Made by a program: the position numbers and the translations under genes
Part shown: in pieces, positions 43,714 through 57,032 of the stretch
Numbering within the stretch: the first letter of the stretch is position 1
How the letters are laid out: each line of letters opens with the position of its first letter
Notes under the pieces: generated by a model
Told to the model about the DNA's origin: nothing
Database searches by the model: none
What the model saw: the letters and a program-made list of their open reading frames with translations, nothing else
NCBI GenBank assembly: GCA_001244265.2
Contig: CDLV01000007.1
Span: 1,178,001-1,242,000, forward strand
Direction: 5' to 3'
Length of the DNA stretch: 64,000 nt
Origin: Microbotryum violaceum
Lineage: Eukaryota

Positions 43714-44435
43714 CTAGTGTTGGTGAACGGTACCGTAGCCGGCGTGCCCGCTCATAGGCTGGCCGATGGGTGCCTGAGATGAAGGAGAGTGCAGTCGTCA
43801 GCACCTGGCCCGAACGATTCAAGTCCGACGGTTTCGAATGCGACTCGATCTACTCACGTATTCGCCATTGCCGGTGTAAACGTATCCGCCTCGACCGTAT
43901 CGCTCCTCGGCTTGAGTCTTCTTGTAGATCAAGTACTGGTTGGCGCGACCGAGTAGTGGCGAAGTCAGCTCAGTAGGTTCGATGTCCGATCTCTGCACTA
44001 GAAAAAGCTTACAAATGCATGGATGTGGCCCGGGCTGGAGGAAGCAACAGAAACAAAGACAAAGTGGTTAGTTCAGGTCCTCGAGAACCAACATCACTCA
44101 TGACAAGTCCAGTGATCGGCCTCTACGGGACTCGGTCCCGATAACCCACTCGAGTACTCACATGTAGCCCAATACGGTCAACAAGATATTGATGAGCAAG
44201 TCGCAACTGCAACCGGTGATGAAAGCAGCGGCGGCAGGAGGGAAGAGGATGGCAACTGTTGGTGACGAGCAAGCGTTCCAAGTCAGGAAAGCACCAAGTC
44301 CGAGATCCACAGGATCGTCCAAGGAGTAAGGAGTGGCAACGGCATAGCACGGCATGGTATAGCATCTCTAGGCAGGCAGTCAGTCGGCTGTGTTGACGTA
44401 CCAAGGCACAGGACGATATCACTTGCTCGGACCAT
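43714..44435 (-). CDS. PMP3/UPF0057 plasma-membrane proteolipid family protein
   Basis: Spliced reading MVRASDIVLCL|VAILFPPAAAAFITGCSCDLLINILLTVLGY|..PGHIHAF|...AEERYGRGGYVYTGNGEY|APIGQ...YGTVHQH. Confidence 0.85.
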
Positions 44436-44556
44436 GGCGGTAGGTGGCGTGGATTGGGGTGGTGGCGGGTCTGTGATAAGACATGCGCGGTGGGAGCGGG
44501 TTGTGAGTAAATGAGTCGACTGTGGGTTAGGTGGTCGAACGGGGAAACCGACGGCA

Positions 44557-44594
44557 GACGCAGCGACGACGCAGCGACGACGCAGCGACGACGA
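44557..44594 (+). repeat. 11-bp tandem repeat (gacgcagcgac) x3
   Basis: gacgcagcgacgacgcagcgacgacgcagcgacgacga upstream of the PMP3-like gene. Confidence 0.85.
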
Positions 44595-44941
44595 ATGACC
44601 CGCAACTGTGCAGGGATAGTGGGTGGAGTGTTCTCGCTCACGAAATAGGTTTTGTGTAGGTAGTTTGGGCTCGAGAGCAAGTCGAAAGAGGGTGTGGTCG
44701 GCTGAAGGAAAGGAAGTGACTCGGAGGCCAACCCGCCCGGAAGCGAACGCACGCACCCGTCGTCCAGGCACATTTCAGCCACTCCCGAGCTCACTCGAGC
44801 CGCCCATGATGTCACTCACACTCCTCGCGCATAATAAGAGTTTGCGCCACATAGTTCAGAGAGTTTTCGCTCACAAATCGAGTAAATGTCAAGCATTCGA
44901 TCGTAATACATTAGAAAACCCCCAACAACACCCATACCAGT

Positions 44942-47900
44942 CTACGCATTCTCAGTAGCAGCAGCTTCAACAAGGGGCACATCATCGGCCTTCTCACTGG
45001 CCAAAGCAGCCGCATCAGCGGCCCCGGCGACCGGCGCAGTGGCTGCTTCACCTTGGACCTTGGCCTTCCCTTCCGCTTTAGCAAGATCACGAGCCTTGGG
45101 CCCGATTTTGTGAGGGGTCAGATCTTCGCCGAAGAGGCGGAGGGAGAGCGCACTGCGGAAAGTGAAGAGATGGCGGCTCAGTGTTTTGATCTTGGGGAGC
45201 AAACGTGCTTTCGAGGCTCACCTCTTTTCCACTTTCTCAACCATGAGGTTGACGGTATTCTTGGACCTCCAGAAGGGCAATGTCAGCTTCTGCTCGAAAC
45301 TGAGGAAAGAACCAGACTCAAATCCGTCAGTGAGAAATGCCTCGGATTCAGAGATAGAGGATTCACTCACAGCAAACCTTCCCCCTTCGCATCGACTTGG
45401 AGCACACAACTCCCCGGTTCCATCTCCGCAATCCTCTCCTTGAAAGCGACCTCGTCCAATTCCTCAAACCCGACCGTCAAAGAGCTCATCAACCTCCTCA
45501 ACGTTTCAACCGAAGCAGTCACGATCCTTTTCGTTCCCATATGAGGACGCAGCACTTCTAAGCCTTCGGAATTGACGCGCCATTTACAGGCGTAGGTCCC
45601 GTCCCGGGTCGAGTCTTGTCGAGTGAAGATTTTGACGCCGCAAGAGATGAGCCGCATGCGCGTGAAGGAGTTGGAGAGGAGGAGCGCACGCGTCGAGGAG
45701 GAGGTGAAGTAGATCGAACGGAGGGGGGCGCCGGCGGCGTTGCGCACGAGGAGGTTCTCGCGAGGGAACAAGGGGGACAGGTCGAAGAAGTCGCTGAGAG
45801 GGGGTGTACCAACGTCGGACATGAGCTTGGTGTTGTCGTGCATTGATCAGATCCCTGAATCACTCACGAAAAGATCCTGACCTGCTCATCGTCAGGATTG
45901 AGGTAGATGAACGGTTCCTCCTTGAAATCGCGCGTCTTGGTCGAAAACACATTCGCGCCGACAATCTCAGCAGGCAAACTCGAGACATCGACCTGTTCTT
46001 CGACCGCAGTGTCTTCCACCACTGCTTCAGTCTCCGTTTCTTTTTCAACCTCAGGTTCTGATTTAGCCTTCTTTGCCTCCGGGACCGTCGCCTCGACATC
46101 ATCCGAAGTCCTCTTCGCCGTCGTCTCCTCACCCCCCCTCGCAGCCACCTCGTTCGCCCCCTTCTTGAACAACACGCAAACGAAAAACGCGCCCGTATCC
46201 TGCAAATGCCCATAAATCCTCAACGCCTTCTCCAAGCCCAATTCCTTTTCCTTACCCGAAGGCCACAACGTCTTGGACCATACTTTCTCCTTCTTCTTAT
46301 TCCCTTGACGAGCAGTAGCGGCAGTTTCACCTTCCGTCGCCGAGGTAACTTCGGAAACAGGCGTAGGTGAAGGAACGGGATGGTCGGGATGAAGAGGTGG
46401 GTTCCCCGCGTTGTCTAGCACGACCCAGTCGGTCATTCCTGGACGACGTTTGAGTTCAGGGAGAGAAGAGGAAACGTCGAGGATCGACATTTCGGGACAG
46501 AGCGACAGCGCGGCGGAAAGCACGGCTTCGTTCTCGATGGGGTTCATGGAGCAGGTCGAGTAGACGAGCCGACCACCGGGTTTGAGGAGCGCAATGCCTC
46601 GGAGGAGGATACGGAGTTGAAGACTGGTCAGGAAGGGTTGGTAGAGGGTTACGCATCAGAGTCACCGACGGTGTACGGTAGTAACGCTGGGATACTCACG
46701 AATGCAACCCCGTGCCATTACCAGGGGTGAACTCCTTCCAGATCGCCAAGTTCTTCCTCAACGTCCCATCACCCGAACAAGGCACATCCGCCAAGATGCG
46801 ATCGTACAACAACGGCTCGTACTTCTTCTGCCTCTTCGTTCCCTCCGCGACGACCTCCTCCTCTTCCTCCTTATCATCCCCAATGAACTTTCCCGCGTTC
46901 GCATTCGTCGCCAAAGTCGGTAGCCTCAAGCCGGGTAATTGAGTAGCGTCATGGTTGGTGACCATCATCCCCGTGCCCGGTACGCGATGCAGAGATTGAT
47001 GAACGAGGAGATGACACCTCTTGGCGTCCGAGTCATTCGCGATCAACAGTCCTCCCGAAGCTTGACCGCCGAGCTTCTCGGACCCAATCAACGCTTCCAA
47101 CAATTGAACAGTTTTCGAACCAGGTGCGGCGCACATGTCCAAGACATGATGATGAGGTTGGACGTCAAGGAGTAAAGGAGGGATCATGGAGACGGCTTCT
47201 TGGCGAGAAAGGTTGCCGCAATCGGCTTCGTGGACGAGGAAGTGTTGGAATTTTTTGAAGGCGTCTTGTTTGCGGATCGCTTGACGGGGGATGTTGAGTT
47301 GCCATGCGAATCCACCGGGGTACCTAAAGGCTCGGGGAAAAGAAAAAAAAGCCGAGGTGTTTTAGGAGGGGTTTGCTTGTGAGGGTCTGACTGGCGACTA
47401 ACCAGGATAACTTCTTGGGAGCTTCCAAAGGGACACCTTCATGCTCGATGCCGGTGAGGAAAGGAACAAATGTCTCCTCAATCTGTTGGTTCAATCGAGG
47501 GGCGACACTGAGAGATCAACTACCGAGGGTTCAGCTCAACGGATCAACGGAGCCCCAGATCGGAAGTGGAACTGACGCTCGGCAACTGGTCAATCTGAAC
47601 GTCGTCGGTAGAGGTTGTTGCAACGCATGAAGGAACTCGTCCCACTCTTCTTCAGGAACCAAGTTTTGTGCCTAGAACAAAAGACGAGTACAAGGGGTGA
47701 GTCAACTTGGCTGCTACTATAGCTGTGCGTTGCTCTCGTTGCCCGCGACGCCGGACTGACCTTGTAGTACTTGAGGAAGATCTCTGAAGCGATGGGTTCA
47801 GTCGAGGTCCAAGCGGTCGTGCGTTGGTTACTACCTCGGTTCGTCGAAGACGGCGCGTTGCTGCCGGTGCGGTTCCCACCATTTCCTCCACCACCGGATC

Positions 47901-47995
47901 GTCCACCTCGGCGCTGCGAAGGGGAGGGGGGCAGGGTCAGATGGGCCGGGATGAACGGGGGTGTGAACAGGTGAAAGAGGGCTTACTTTTCCCAT
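44942..47995 (-). CDS. NCL1: tRNA (cytosine-5)-methyltransferase, NSUN2/Trm4
   Basis: RQEAVSMIPPLLL; VLDMCAAPGSKT; DRILADVPCSGDGTLRKN; VYSTCSMNPIENEAV; HLQDTGAFFV. Confidence 0.95.
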
Positions 47996-48080
47996 GTTGA
48001 TCAAAAAGGAACGGAAAAGGATCGTAAGGAGTGTCGAGGGACACCCGAATGGAATGTGCCAGAAGAGGAAGCGCTGCTTC

Positions 48081-48144
48081 GCAAGCTCAGGTCGAGCCAA
48101 GCTCCGCTCCGCAAGCTCGGGTCAAGCCAAGCTCCGCTCCGCAA
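48081..48144 (+). repeat. 30-bp tandem duplication in the NCL1/OXLD1-like divergent promoter
   Basis: gcaagctcaggtcgagccaagctccgctcc and gcaagctcgggtcaagccaagctccgctcc differ at 2 positions. Confidence 0.9.
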
Positions 48145-48291
48145 CTTTGATCGAAAGTTCGATCTCCGTTAATAAAGCCAACTCGCACCCGCTTGTCTTG
48201 TCTCCTCGTCGCCCCCACCTCTTCCGAGTGATTCTCCCAGTCGATCGACGATCCCTCTCCCCCCCAAGCTCGCTCGAGTGATGTCTTGATT

Positions 48292-49105
48292 ATGTCTAAA
48301 CTGCGCCTCTCTTCGACCCTCTCGAAATGGGTCCCTCGCACACGACCCCTTTCCCTCCATCGTCACGCCTTCAAGCTATCGCGTGGAGACGAACTCGAAG
48401 CTGGGAACGGGCCGAGTCGGTTGTTGGATGGAAAGGAGCGGACCAAGCCGGATCAACTCGTACTGCCCGTTCTACAAGAGGGCTTTAAAAGTGGTAACAA
48501 GGGCAGCAACCAAAAATACCAAACCTTCTTGGGCATCCGCATCCCTGCCAAACCTGAACCGCCAGGACCGGAAGGTAAGCGTGATTTCACGATTTCACGA
48601 TTTCAAGACCGCGTCCACTCTCCGAGTATTAGATGCCCAAGCTCACTCACTCCACAACTGATGACTCTTTGCAAACCGTTGATGCTACTCGTTGGATCGG
48701 GTCACAGATTGCTGTCAATCGGGATGTGCGATTTGCGTCTGGGATAGCTACCTCTCCTCGATTGAGGAGTATCACGATGCCTTAACCTCGACGCTCGAGG
48801 AGCTAAGGAACAAGATTCAGCAGCAATCCCTCCAAGTTGAGGCAAAGGACTGGCCAGCAGAACTAGGGGCCTTTGACGCGTTCGTCAAGAGTGGAACATC
48901 ACAAACGGTCCAGGGGGGCAAGGAAAGAGCCGAGGAGGAGTTGAAGAGGGTCAAGAGCTCGTTGGACCCTTCGTTGAGGTTCGTCCTTGGAGAAAGCAAG
49001 CTTGGAGATGGGAATGCGGGTAGGCTGACCCATTCTTTCGTGATGAGCAGGGCTTTTCTGGAGATGGAAGCTCGACTCAAGGCCAAGCCGAACGCCAAAG
49101 CATGA
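48292..49105 (+). CDS. Oxidoreductase-like domain protein (OXLD1-like), probably mitochondrial
   Basis: GIRIPAKPEPPGPE|DCCQSGCAICVWDSY...; C-terminal LRAFLEMEARLK; basic N-terminus. Confidence 0.85.
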
Positions 49106-49270
49106 ACTTCATTCCTCGAGACTTATAGACTCGACGTACACCCTTTCATGTTATTATTTCGCCCGACCATTCCAAGAGTAGCCTGTTGTAAGAAACGCAT
49201 ACATCCTGTCTGAGTACGAACCAAGGCCCCCCATCCCTTGAGCCTTTCATAGTGTCCTCCTTGTCCCCCC

Positions 49271-50243
49271 TCACTCCCATCTACCTTGCAACCCGTTGAG
49301 CTTCTCCCTCCATTGCTCTGGCAACGGGGTCGACCTTCTCGTCTTTTCATCAACGAAAACATGCGTCATACTACCCCAAGCCGCGGCCGTAGGTAACTGA
49401 CCGTCCTTACCCGGAATGACCTGGATCGACGAATCGAACCTCGTGGGAAAAGTCGCGTCCGAATGATCTTCGAGCGCTAGCTGAGTACCGTTCGATATCG
49501 ATGATCGGTCCGGGTTGGCTCGAGCGGCGAATAATCCGACTTGCCAGGTAATACTACTCTTTGATACGGACGAGACGGATAAAGCTCCGAGGATTGGGGA
49601 AGGGAAAGATAGAGGCGCCGCGAAGGAGAGGGATGAATTGACCATCAGACCGACCGGGGTGGGCCGACGGTTCGCATCCGTGGAGGGGAGTTGAAGGCCG
49701 AGGTGATTGACTGGAGAGAGGAGGAGAGCGGGTTCGAACGCGTTCGGAGTAAGACGGTAAGCTCAGCAAGCGGCAACAAGCGTATGTGGGGGGGGGGGGG
49801 GTTCGGAGACGGGGTCTTACTTAGGTATTCGTTGACGATCGAGTCGCCGTAAGCGTTGTCTGCCAGTTCAAAGAGTATATACCAAATGCGGCAGCTCAGA
49901 GCTCGGCTCGTCCCGCCCCAACAAGCTGCACTCCCAGTCGGTTCCCTCATCGTTCGCTTTCGGTCCGGCTATCCCTGTCCCGAATGGAAAACCAGGAGGT
50001 TGCCTTGCCAGTATCTCACACGCGAGAGGTAAACTCCCTCTGAGCCACAACTATTATTCACGAGCGATCGATAACAGACTCACAAATGATATTATTCAAA
50101 TGCACGTAAGCATCATTGTCCCTCCACTGCGTCTGGAAGGGAAGGAAGTATCGGTACGCTTTCAGGGAGGGAGGTGCCGCGCGAGCTGGTTTGGGTTTCG
50201 GAGCGGCTGAAGCGAGAGTAGAGCGGAGCGTGGTGGGTTTCAT
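49271..50243 (-). CDS. Hotdog-fold acyl-CoA thioesterase (4HBT family)
   Basis: FQTQWRDNDAYVHLNN; DSIVNEYL; GLMVNSS..FAAPLSFP; GSMTHVFVD..TRRS. Confidence 0.88.
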
Positions 50244-50563
50244 GGTCCGTCGAGGGAAGGAAGAGTCAGGCGAAGGTGGGTCGTACGAGGCGAGGGCTGG
50301 AGTGCAGGGTGTGAGCGTTCGAAGAGGGGCAGAAGCGAAACGAGTTGAGCGAGGCCAGCAAGTCGAGCTGGATGACGTTCTTTCGGCGGGTTTTTGATCA
50401 CCTTTTGGTCACTTCAGGTCCAAACATTCGAGTGTGCAACGCATGTACAATGACAAGGGTAGGATTGACACAGAAAGCGACGGGAAAGTAGCGACCTCAT
50501 CACAAAACCCTTCTCACGCCTCCATCAACACCACCTCCACCTCCACCTCCGGCCGGGGCGACT

Positions 50564-50818
50564 CTACTCGTTCAAGCTCTTGGCCAAAGCCTGCAATTCC
50601 TCCCTACTCTTGGGCTGCTCCAACTTCATCGCGATCTCATCCTTGGGCACATGAGGACCTCTGGCCTGGGTCGGGTCCTGGGCCTTGTGCAGATGGGCGA
50701 GGTTGGGCGCTCCACCGAGACCGGCTGTCCCTTCGGCGTCGGAACCGGGGAACGAAGGCGCGATGTTGTCCTTGGTGGGGTGGGGTTGGATCTTGAATTC
50801 TTGTTCTTGGTTGGACAT
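50564..50818 (-). CDS. Small 84-aa uncharacterised protein
   Basis: Good start context (ccaccATG) and coding-like codon usage. FKIQPHP...GPHVP...SREEL resembles small basidiomycete proteins as I recall them. Confidence 0.7.
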   Translation of the reverse strand: MSNQEQEFKIQPHPTKDNIAPSFPGSDAEGTAGLGGAPNLAHLHKAQDPTQARGPHVPKDEIAMKLEQPKSREELQALAKSLNE

Positions 50819-51304
50819 GGTGGAGCTAGTTCGGAGATGAGGAGAGCGTAAGTGAAGAAACCGAGAGGAAAAGGCCCAAGAGTGGCGAGCGAACGAGGCC
50901 AGGCTACTACTGACGATGATCGAGTCAGATTCCAAGTTCCAAGTTCAAGTGGCGGGGGGGGGGGGGGGTTGTTGAAAGATAAGCCGAGGCGGAGTCTGGT
51001 GTACGGCAAGTAGCTCATATCAGCTCGGTTACACTAGAGATGACTTGCTGAATTGGAAGGGGATTCACCTAATCCGATGATGTGGTTGAAGTGTGATGAG
51101 GTGAAAGTAGAAGAGAGAACAGAGCGACGGCAAAGCTGCATGTCGTCAGCGCTCGGATGTGTGCATGTATGCACGTGCAGCCGCCGATTTCGTCCCTGCC
51201 GAAAATCCACAGAAAATCGACCCAAAAGCCATGGCCAAAATCGGCTCCGCTCGAGTTGGTGCGCGCCTGCGAGAGAGTCGGGGCTTGCTCTGGTCCGCAT
51301 CTCG

Positions 51305-51340
51305 CTTTATCCACTTGATCCACTTTATCCACTTTATCCA
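51305..51340 (+). repeat. 9-bp tandem repeat (ctttatcca) x4 just upstream of the RPL38 ATG
   Basis: ctttatcca cttgatcca ctttatcca ctttatcca. Confidence 0.85.
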
Positions 51341-51354
51341 AACTCAGATCAACC

Positions 51355-52396
51355 ATGGTCAGTATACCACCCCATACATGACGAACGACCTTCATTAGCT
51401 CGGCCAGTCGCCTCCAGTCATGTCACTCGACCTACTTCCGTAAGCGTTGGAGAGAGGCCGTCGAAGGGAGGCGCGCTCACCAACGCCAGGGGGAGAAAAA
51501 TCGCCCGCACGCTGCACGCTACGATCAACCGCTCGAGACGCAACTTCACACACTTGTCGGTTCGCACTACTTCTTTTCCGCCAGCCGGATGAGACGGGTA
51601 GATACATGGGTTCGGGGAACGGGATCGGGACTGGTCTGCGCGTTACAGGATAGGATGATGGGTCACGCGTTGCTGCTTCCCAGTTGAGCCGCTCTTCGCT
51701 TTCCTCGCTCGTGTGTGCCTTTGGCCCGCTTGCGCTCCGCTTTTCCTCGCGCGTGCTCGTGCTGTCGCCAGCGCCGCGGCTGCGAGGGAGAAGTTGGGTC
51801 GCAGCGCATCCAACGACCACGATCAGACAATGTGCGGCGTGCTGGCGAATTCCAACCCGTGTTCTTTCATCTCTTCCTTTTCCCCCGCTTTCTGGTCACT
51901 TTCCCTCTTCCTCGTTCTCCCTCTCCCGCGGTGGTAGAACACTCTACGAGTCTTCTCGCGACAATCCATTGGCTGTGCAAAGCGACGTGTGATTCTCGCG
52001 TGGACCTCCCGTGTGGGCTGACCTTTTTCTCCCTGGTCTCTCCTACAGCCCAAGGAAATCAAGGAAATCAAGCAGTTCCTCGAGATCGCTCGTCGACCGG
52101 ACGCCAAGTCGGCTCAGATCAAGAAGTCCGTCTCGCGCAAGACGGGCGCCTCGGGCACGACCAGTGCGACCAAGTACAAGTTCAAGATCCGCTGCTCACG
52201 CTACTTGTACACCTTCTGCCTCTCGGACGCCGACAAGGCCGAGAAGCTGCGTCAATCCCTTCCCCCTAGTAAGTCCCACATGACGCGCTCAGAGTCAGAC
52301 AGCACAGCACGATGCTGATCATTCCATCTCGTGCCATGGACGTTTTCAGCCCTCAAGGTGTCGGACGTCGACGCCGAGAAAAAGTCCAAGAAGTAA
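51355..52396 (+). CDS. RPL38: 60S ribosomal protein L38 (eL38)
   Basis: ATG|gtcagt at 51355, a 691-nt intron, then [22 protein letters not shown]...[12 protein letters not shown]...[12 protein letters not shown] and a last exon ending KKSKK. Confidence 0.95.
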
Positions 52397-53179
52397 ACTC
52401 ACTCTTCATCATGGAGTGAAACTAGGCTTTCTTGGGGGTCCACGATCGATCAGAAAAAAGTGTCGAAAGCAAGAAGGAAAGGATCCGAGGGTTCTAGCTC
52501 GTTGGGATTGGGGGGTCATTTCTTTCACTGGAGTGGGAACTTTCGGCATGGTGGAGTTTATGCATGTCATGTTTGAGCGTTCTCTCTTTTGCAACCACCC
52601 GCTCCCACCCAACTGCAGTAATTGTATTTGTTCCCACACATTGAGGTGGTTCCGGGAGTGACTAGAGAGAAAGCGCATGGGCACGAACGACGGCTAGTCC
52701 CTCCGGCGCGCAGTGAGTGGTCGAGAGGAGGTTTTCAAGAAGCGAAGGGGCAAGATCGGGCATTTGGATGTACACCCGATCAAAAAAAGTGTGTGCAATC
52801 GAACCGTGATATCACCCTACCGTATCACTCGCTATCGCAATCGATTGTGATTGCAATCGGTGTCTGGAAAGTCTACCGAGGCCGGAGAGTGGCCCGAGCT
52901 CCAGCAACGCTCAGCAACGGTCGACCTCGAACGTGGGTCCCTTCACCTTTCGCGCTTATATCACTCGAAAGCCCACTTGCACCCATCCAACATTAAGAAT
53001 TGCCCCTTTCTCGAGGACTCGATCTACAATGTCGTCTTATGCACATCATCACTAAGTTGACCCGTGTCTACACGTATCCCTAGAACGCGGTGCGGTCGGT
53101 GCACATCGCCGAGACCGTCCCCCGACCGGCATCGGCATCCCCACGAACGCCCTCTGCCCGCCCGTGCGTGCGATCGAAG

Positions 53180-56100
53180 ATGGGTCGTCTCTTGGGACGC
53201 TCGATTCCCTCTTTGCCCACGGTGCGGAGGGTCGATGCACGTCCACGGGATGAGAAGTTAGAGGAGAAGCGATCGGGAACGCAGATGGGGAGTACACTTT
53301 CGTCTTTGGAAGGTAAGGAGGCTTCTCCTTCTTCGTTGAACGGCTCGGGCTCGGGCTCGGGCTCGAGCGTGGAGGACGTGCGCACGGCGCATCGAGTCCT
53401 ACCGACGGTGACGATCTCGAGTCAAGGCACGAGACCGTCATCAGCACCACCCGGACGCCCAACGAGTACAGGGTCCGAGTTTGTCAGCTCGGACGAGGAC
53501 GAAGATGCTTTGGATCATACTCTTTCCATCGCCGCGACGATGGACCTCCCCAAACCTGGACGCACGCGCGATCGCCGAGGCGCTGCCCGAAGTCGAAACG
53601 GAAGCGGAAGCGACGACGATGATGACGAAGGAGATGATCCCGACCCGGATCCAAGGCGAAGGCGTCGAACACGCTGGCGACGCAAGTTCCATGCCATGAC
53701 GCACAAATTGCATAGCAAGTTCGTCAAGGACGAGAGGATAGGTGCCATCACCACCATCGATGCCGAGGGCAACGTCGTCAAGAAGATTCAGCATCGCTAT
53801 TTGCCCATTCTCTCCGGCTTGCTGTGTCCGTTTTCAGTCTTGCTCGATGTTAGTAGCTCTCAATCTCGTTTCGATATCGTCTGAACGAGCGCTGATCTCA
53901 TTCGACTACCCTCCCACAGATCCCTGGTCTGACCGAACGATGGTACGTTCGCACGGCGGGCTACAACGTCGTCGAGACCCAACCCAACCCCGCCATCCTC
54001 GACGTCGGTCTTGCCATCTCCATGGCCCTCGGCGTTGCCGCCAACCTCGGGTTGATCAGCCGCTTCCTTGAAAGGAAACCGTATCTCTGCACCTGGATCT
54101 CCATCGTGGCCCTGACCGCGCACGACGTGATCAACATGACCATCGTCATCGCTTTTGGAATCGTTCACCGCTTCTCCGATGGGTTTGTAAGTTTTCTTCC
54201 CGCCCCCCATTTCGAATTTCGTCTCGACGTGATCTTTCAGTGGGCTGATCTTTCCCCCGATCATCACACGCCTAGACCTATGGTGTGGCTTATTGGATGA
54301 CCGTTGCCTCCACCGCCGCTTCCCTCACGTGCAACATCACTCTCGTGCTTGACCTCGTGCGCACGCGTGACTTCAAAGCCAGTGGATCAGGTTTGACCGA
54401 GAAGCAACGCGCGCTCGTCATCGCCGTCATGAGTCTACTCTGCTACCTCGGCCTCGGTTCTCTCGTCTTCTCCTTCATGGAAGATTTCTCCTACATCGAT
54501 TCACTCTATTTTACCATCGTCACCATCACCTCGGTCGGATTTGGCGATCTCATTCCGACGACCGTAGGCGCCAAGATCTTCAGCTTCTTTTATGATCTCT
54601 GTGGCTTGGTACTCTTGGCGTTCACGATCGCGATCGCTCGAGAGACGGTGTTGGAGACGTTCGAGGCAAACTATCGAGCGAGAAGGGACGTGTTGGCTAA
54701 AAAGGCGAGGGAGAGGAAAGAGGACAAGCGACGGCGGACGAGAGAAAGGAGGATGAGGTTGGAACGGCAGTTGAGAGAGAGGTTGGAGGAGAGCCCTTTG
54801 AATGTCCCCGATGGAGGAGTCGGCCTGTCGCCTGTCGTGCTTACGGCTGTTGCAATGGGGGGAGGACGAGGTGGTCGAGCCCAGCCTAGGTTCGGAACGA
54901 AGGAACCTACCGCCCCGACGATCCAGGCCGTGCCGAGTAAAGAGGACCGAGCGACCCAACGAGCGTTGGATTTCGCCCTCGAGAGGGAGTCGGGTCTCTC
55001 ACTTTGGAAGGCGTCTTCGAGATGGGTCAAGCGACGACTCGGGATCATGGAGGCGTACACACCGCATTGCGAGGATCCCAATTATCGCGGGGATACCGAT
55101 GCCCAAACAGTCGTCGGGTCTTCCGAGCCCAAGCTCGGTCATGAGCTGACTCGAACGCTCACGTCCGAATCGACCGTCAATTACGTTCATGACGAACGCC
55201 TCAAATCCCTCAAGGAACAACTGCAACATGAGGAAAAAGTCGAATTGAGGATCAAGTTGACTTTGGCGTTGTCGCTCTTCCTCGTCTTTTGGCTCGTCGG
55301 TGCCGCCGTCTTTCATTTGACCGAAGATTGGACTTACTTCAATAGCATGTGGTTTTGCTTCATCTTTTTCACGACGATCGGGTACGGCGATTATTCGCCG
55401 CAGAGTAATGCGGGGAGGGCGTTCTTTATAGCTTGGGCTTTGTTCGGTATCGCCAACATGGTTAGTCATATTCGAGAGAAGAGGGAAAGAAAACCCCTGT
55501 CGCTGACCTGAGTGGTTTTTGCAGACCCTGACCTTATCGGTCGTCACCGAGTCATGGTCCTCACGGTACAAATCGACCATCATCGATGGCAAACGACGTC
55601 GCGTACTCGGTCGTCTCAGGAACAAGAACACCTCCGCCGACACGAGCGCCTTGCGCCTGCTCGCTCTCGACGGTTTCCACCACGAAGACGAGATCGAAGC
55701 CAAGGACCTGCCGACCAAATTGATGGAAGCCCTTCGTGGCTTTCAAGATCACGCGAGGTACTTCATGTTAGGTCGAATGGGCGACGTTCCCGAGAACCTA
55801 CGCCAACTCTTCGATGCCGCCGGTCATTTCAGTCATGAACTTGAAGCGATGATTCAGGATGGTGAGATCGAAGGAGCGCAGTCGGGAGATACGAAGCATT
55901 TCTTGTTCATGGTCTCGTATGAGAGACAATTCGACGTCCTGATGGATGCGGCGGAGCGTTTGAGTCAGGTCTTCAAGAGTCATGAGGATGAATTGGAGAC
56001 GATGAGGCATTTGAACAATAGGTTAAGGGTCGCGCTGGCTAAGGCTGAGACAGGGGAGGGTACTGATCTAGGGGAACAGACATTGGATGAGCTAGGGGCT

Positions 56101-56691
56101 GTGGCTCCGGTCGAGTCTGGCAAGGAAGATGGACCAAGCGAGGAGGGGTTGTTCCACAAACGCCCTGCTGGTGGATATGGTGACGAACAGACCGAATTAG
56201 AAGTCGAACAAACCCTCGATGCGGACGACGACGACGATGACGACAGCCTCGCCATCGGCTACAAGAGGAAAGGTCTCGTACCCGGTCCAGTTGCAACGCC
56301 CACTCCGACCATCGCCCTGACCGACGCTGAAGAGGCAGTCCGTAGTTCCTCAGCGATGCTGGAGCATGTGTCGACTGTATCCGAGGAAAGGCCCAAGTTA
56401 CGCCTCATGACCCCTTCTCCAAACGGGGCGTGGCCGGCCAACGTTGGATCCTCCGTCGCTTCACCCTCCAATCTAGGAGCACCGTCCGCGCTTGGCGGTG
56501 GCCCTCGTTCTTCCATTTGGTCGTCGGACGTACAACCCGCAGCTTGGTCTAATACCAGCCTTGGACGTACGCCAACTCTGACCTTTTACGAACCTGAACG
56601 ACCCTCCACGCCCTCTCGAGCACCTGCATCGAGCCATCCCAGCTCATCGACCACCTTTCGAAGGTTCTCGACGGCGCCTCCGGGGAAGTGA
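53180..56691 (+). CDS. TOK1: Two-pore outward-rectifier potassium channel
   Basis: Two pore loops (TITSVGFGD and TTIGYGD), N-terminal TM segments, and a SGSGLTEKQRALV linker. Confidence 0.92.
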
Positions 56692-57032
56692 AGGATTGTT
56701 TGTGGGATTAATTCGTGTTGTGAAATCCGTGTGTTGTGAGATTCGTGCGTTGTGATCTTTCATAATTATTATCATATCTGTCTTCGCGGCGACTCTTGTT
56801 GTATCGTTCATTGTAGCTTGTTAAACTGCAGGTCCAGTGCAGTGAATCAAATTCGTCTTGTCAGAAGTAGGATCGGGCAGGGCTCGTATCGTTTGACGTG
56901 AAGGAATCACAGGGTTCGAATCAATGCAAAAAAGGGACACATAAAAAAGACGGAACCTCCAAAGAATGGCAAGGGATGGGTATAGAAGCAACGAAAATGG
57001 GCATCATGGGAAAGGAACCCATGTCCAGATAA

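Noticed and set aside
49895-49960. C/D-box-like words (acgatga...ctga) in the thioesterase intron
   Set aside because: The C box is imperfect, and there is no terminal stem or recognisable rRNA guide.
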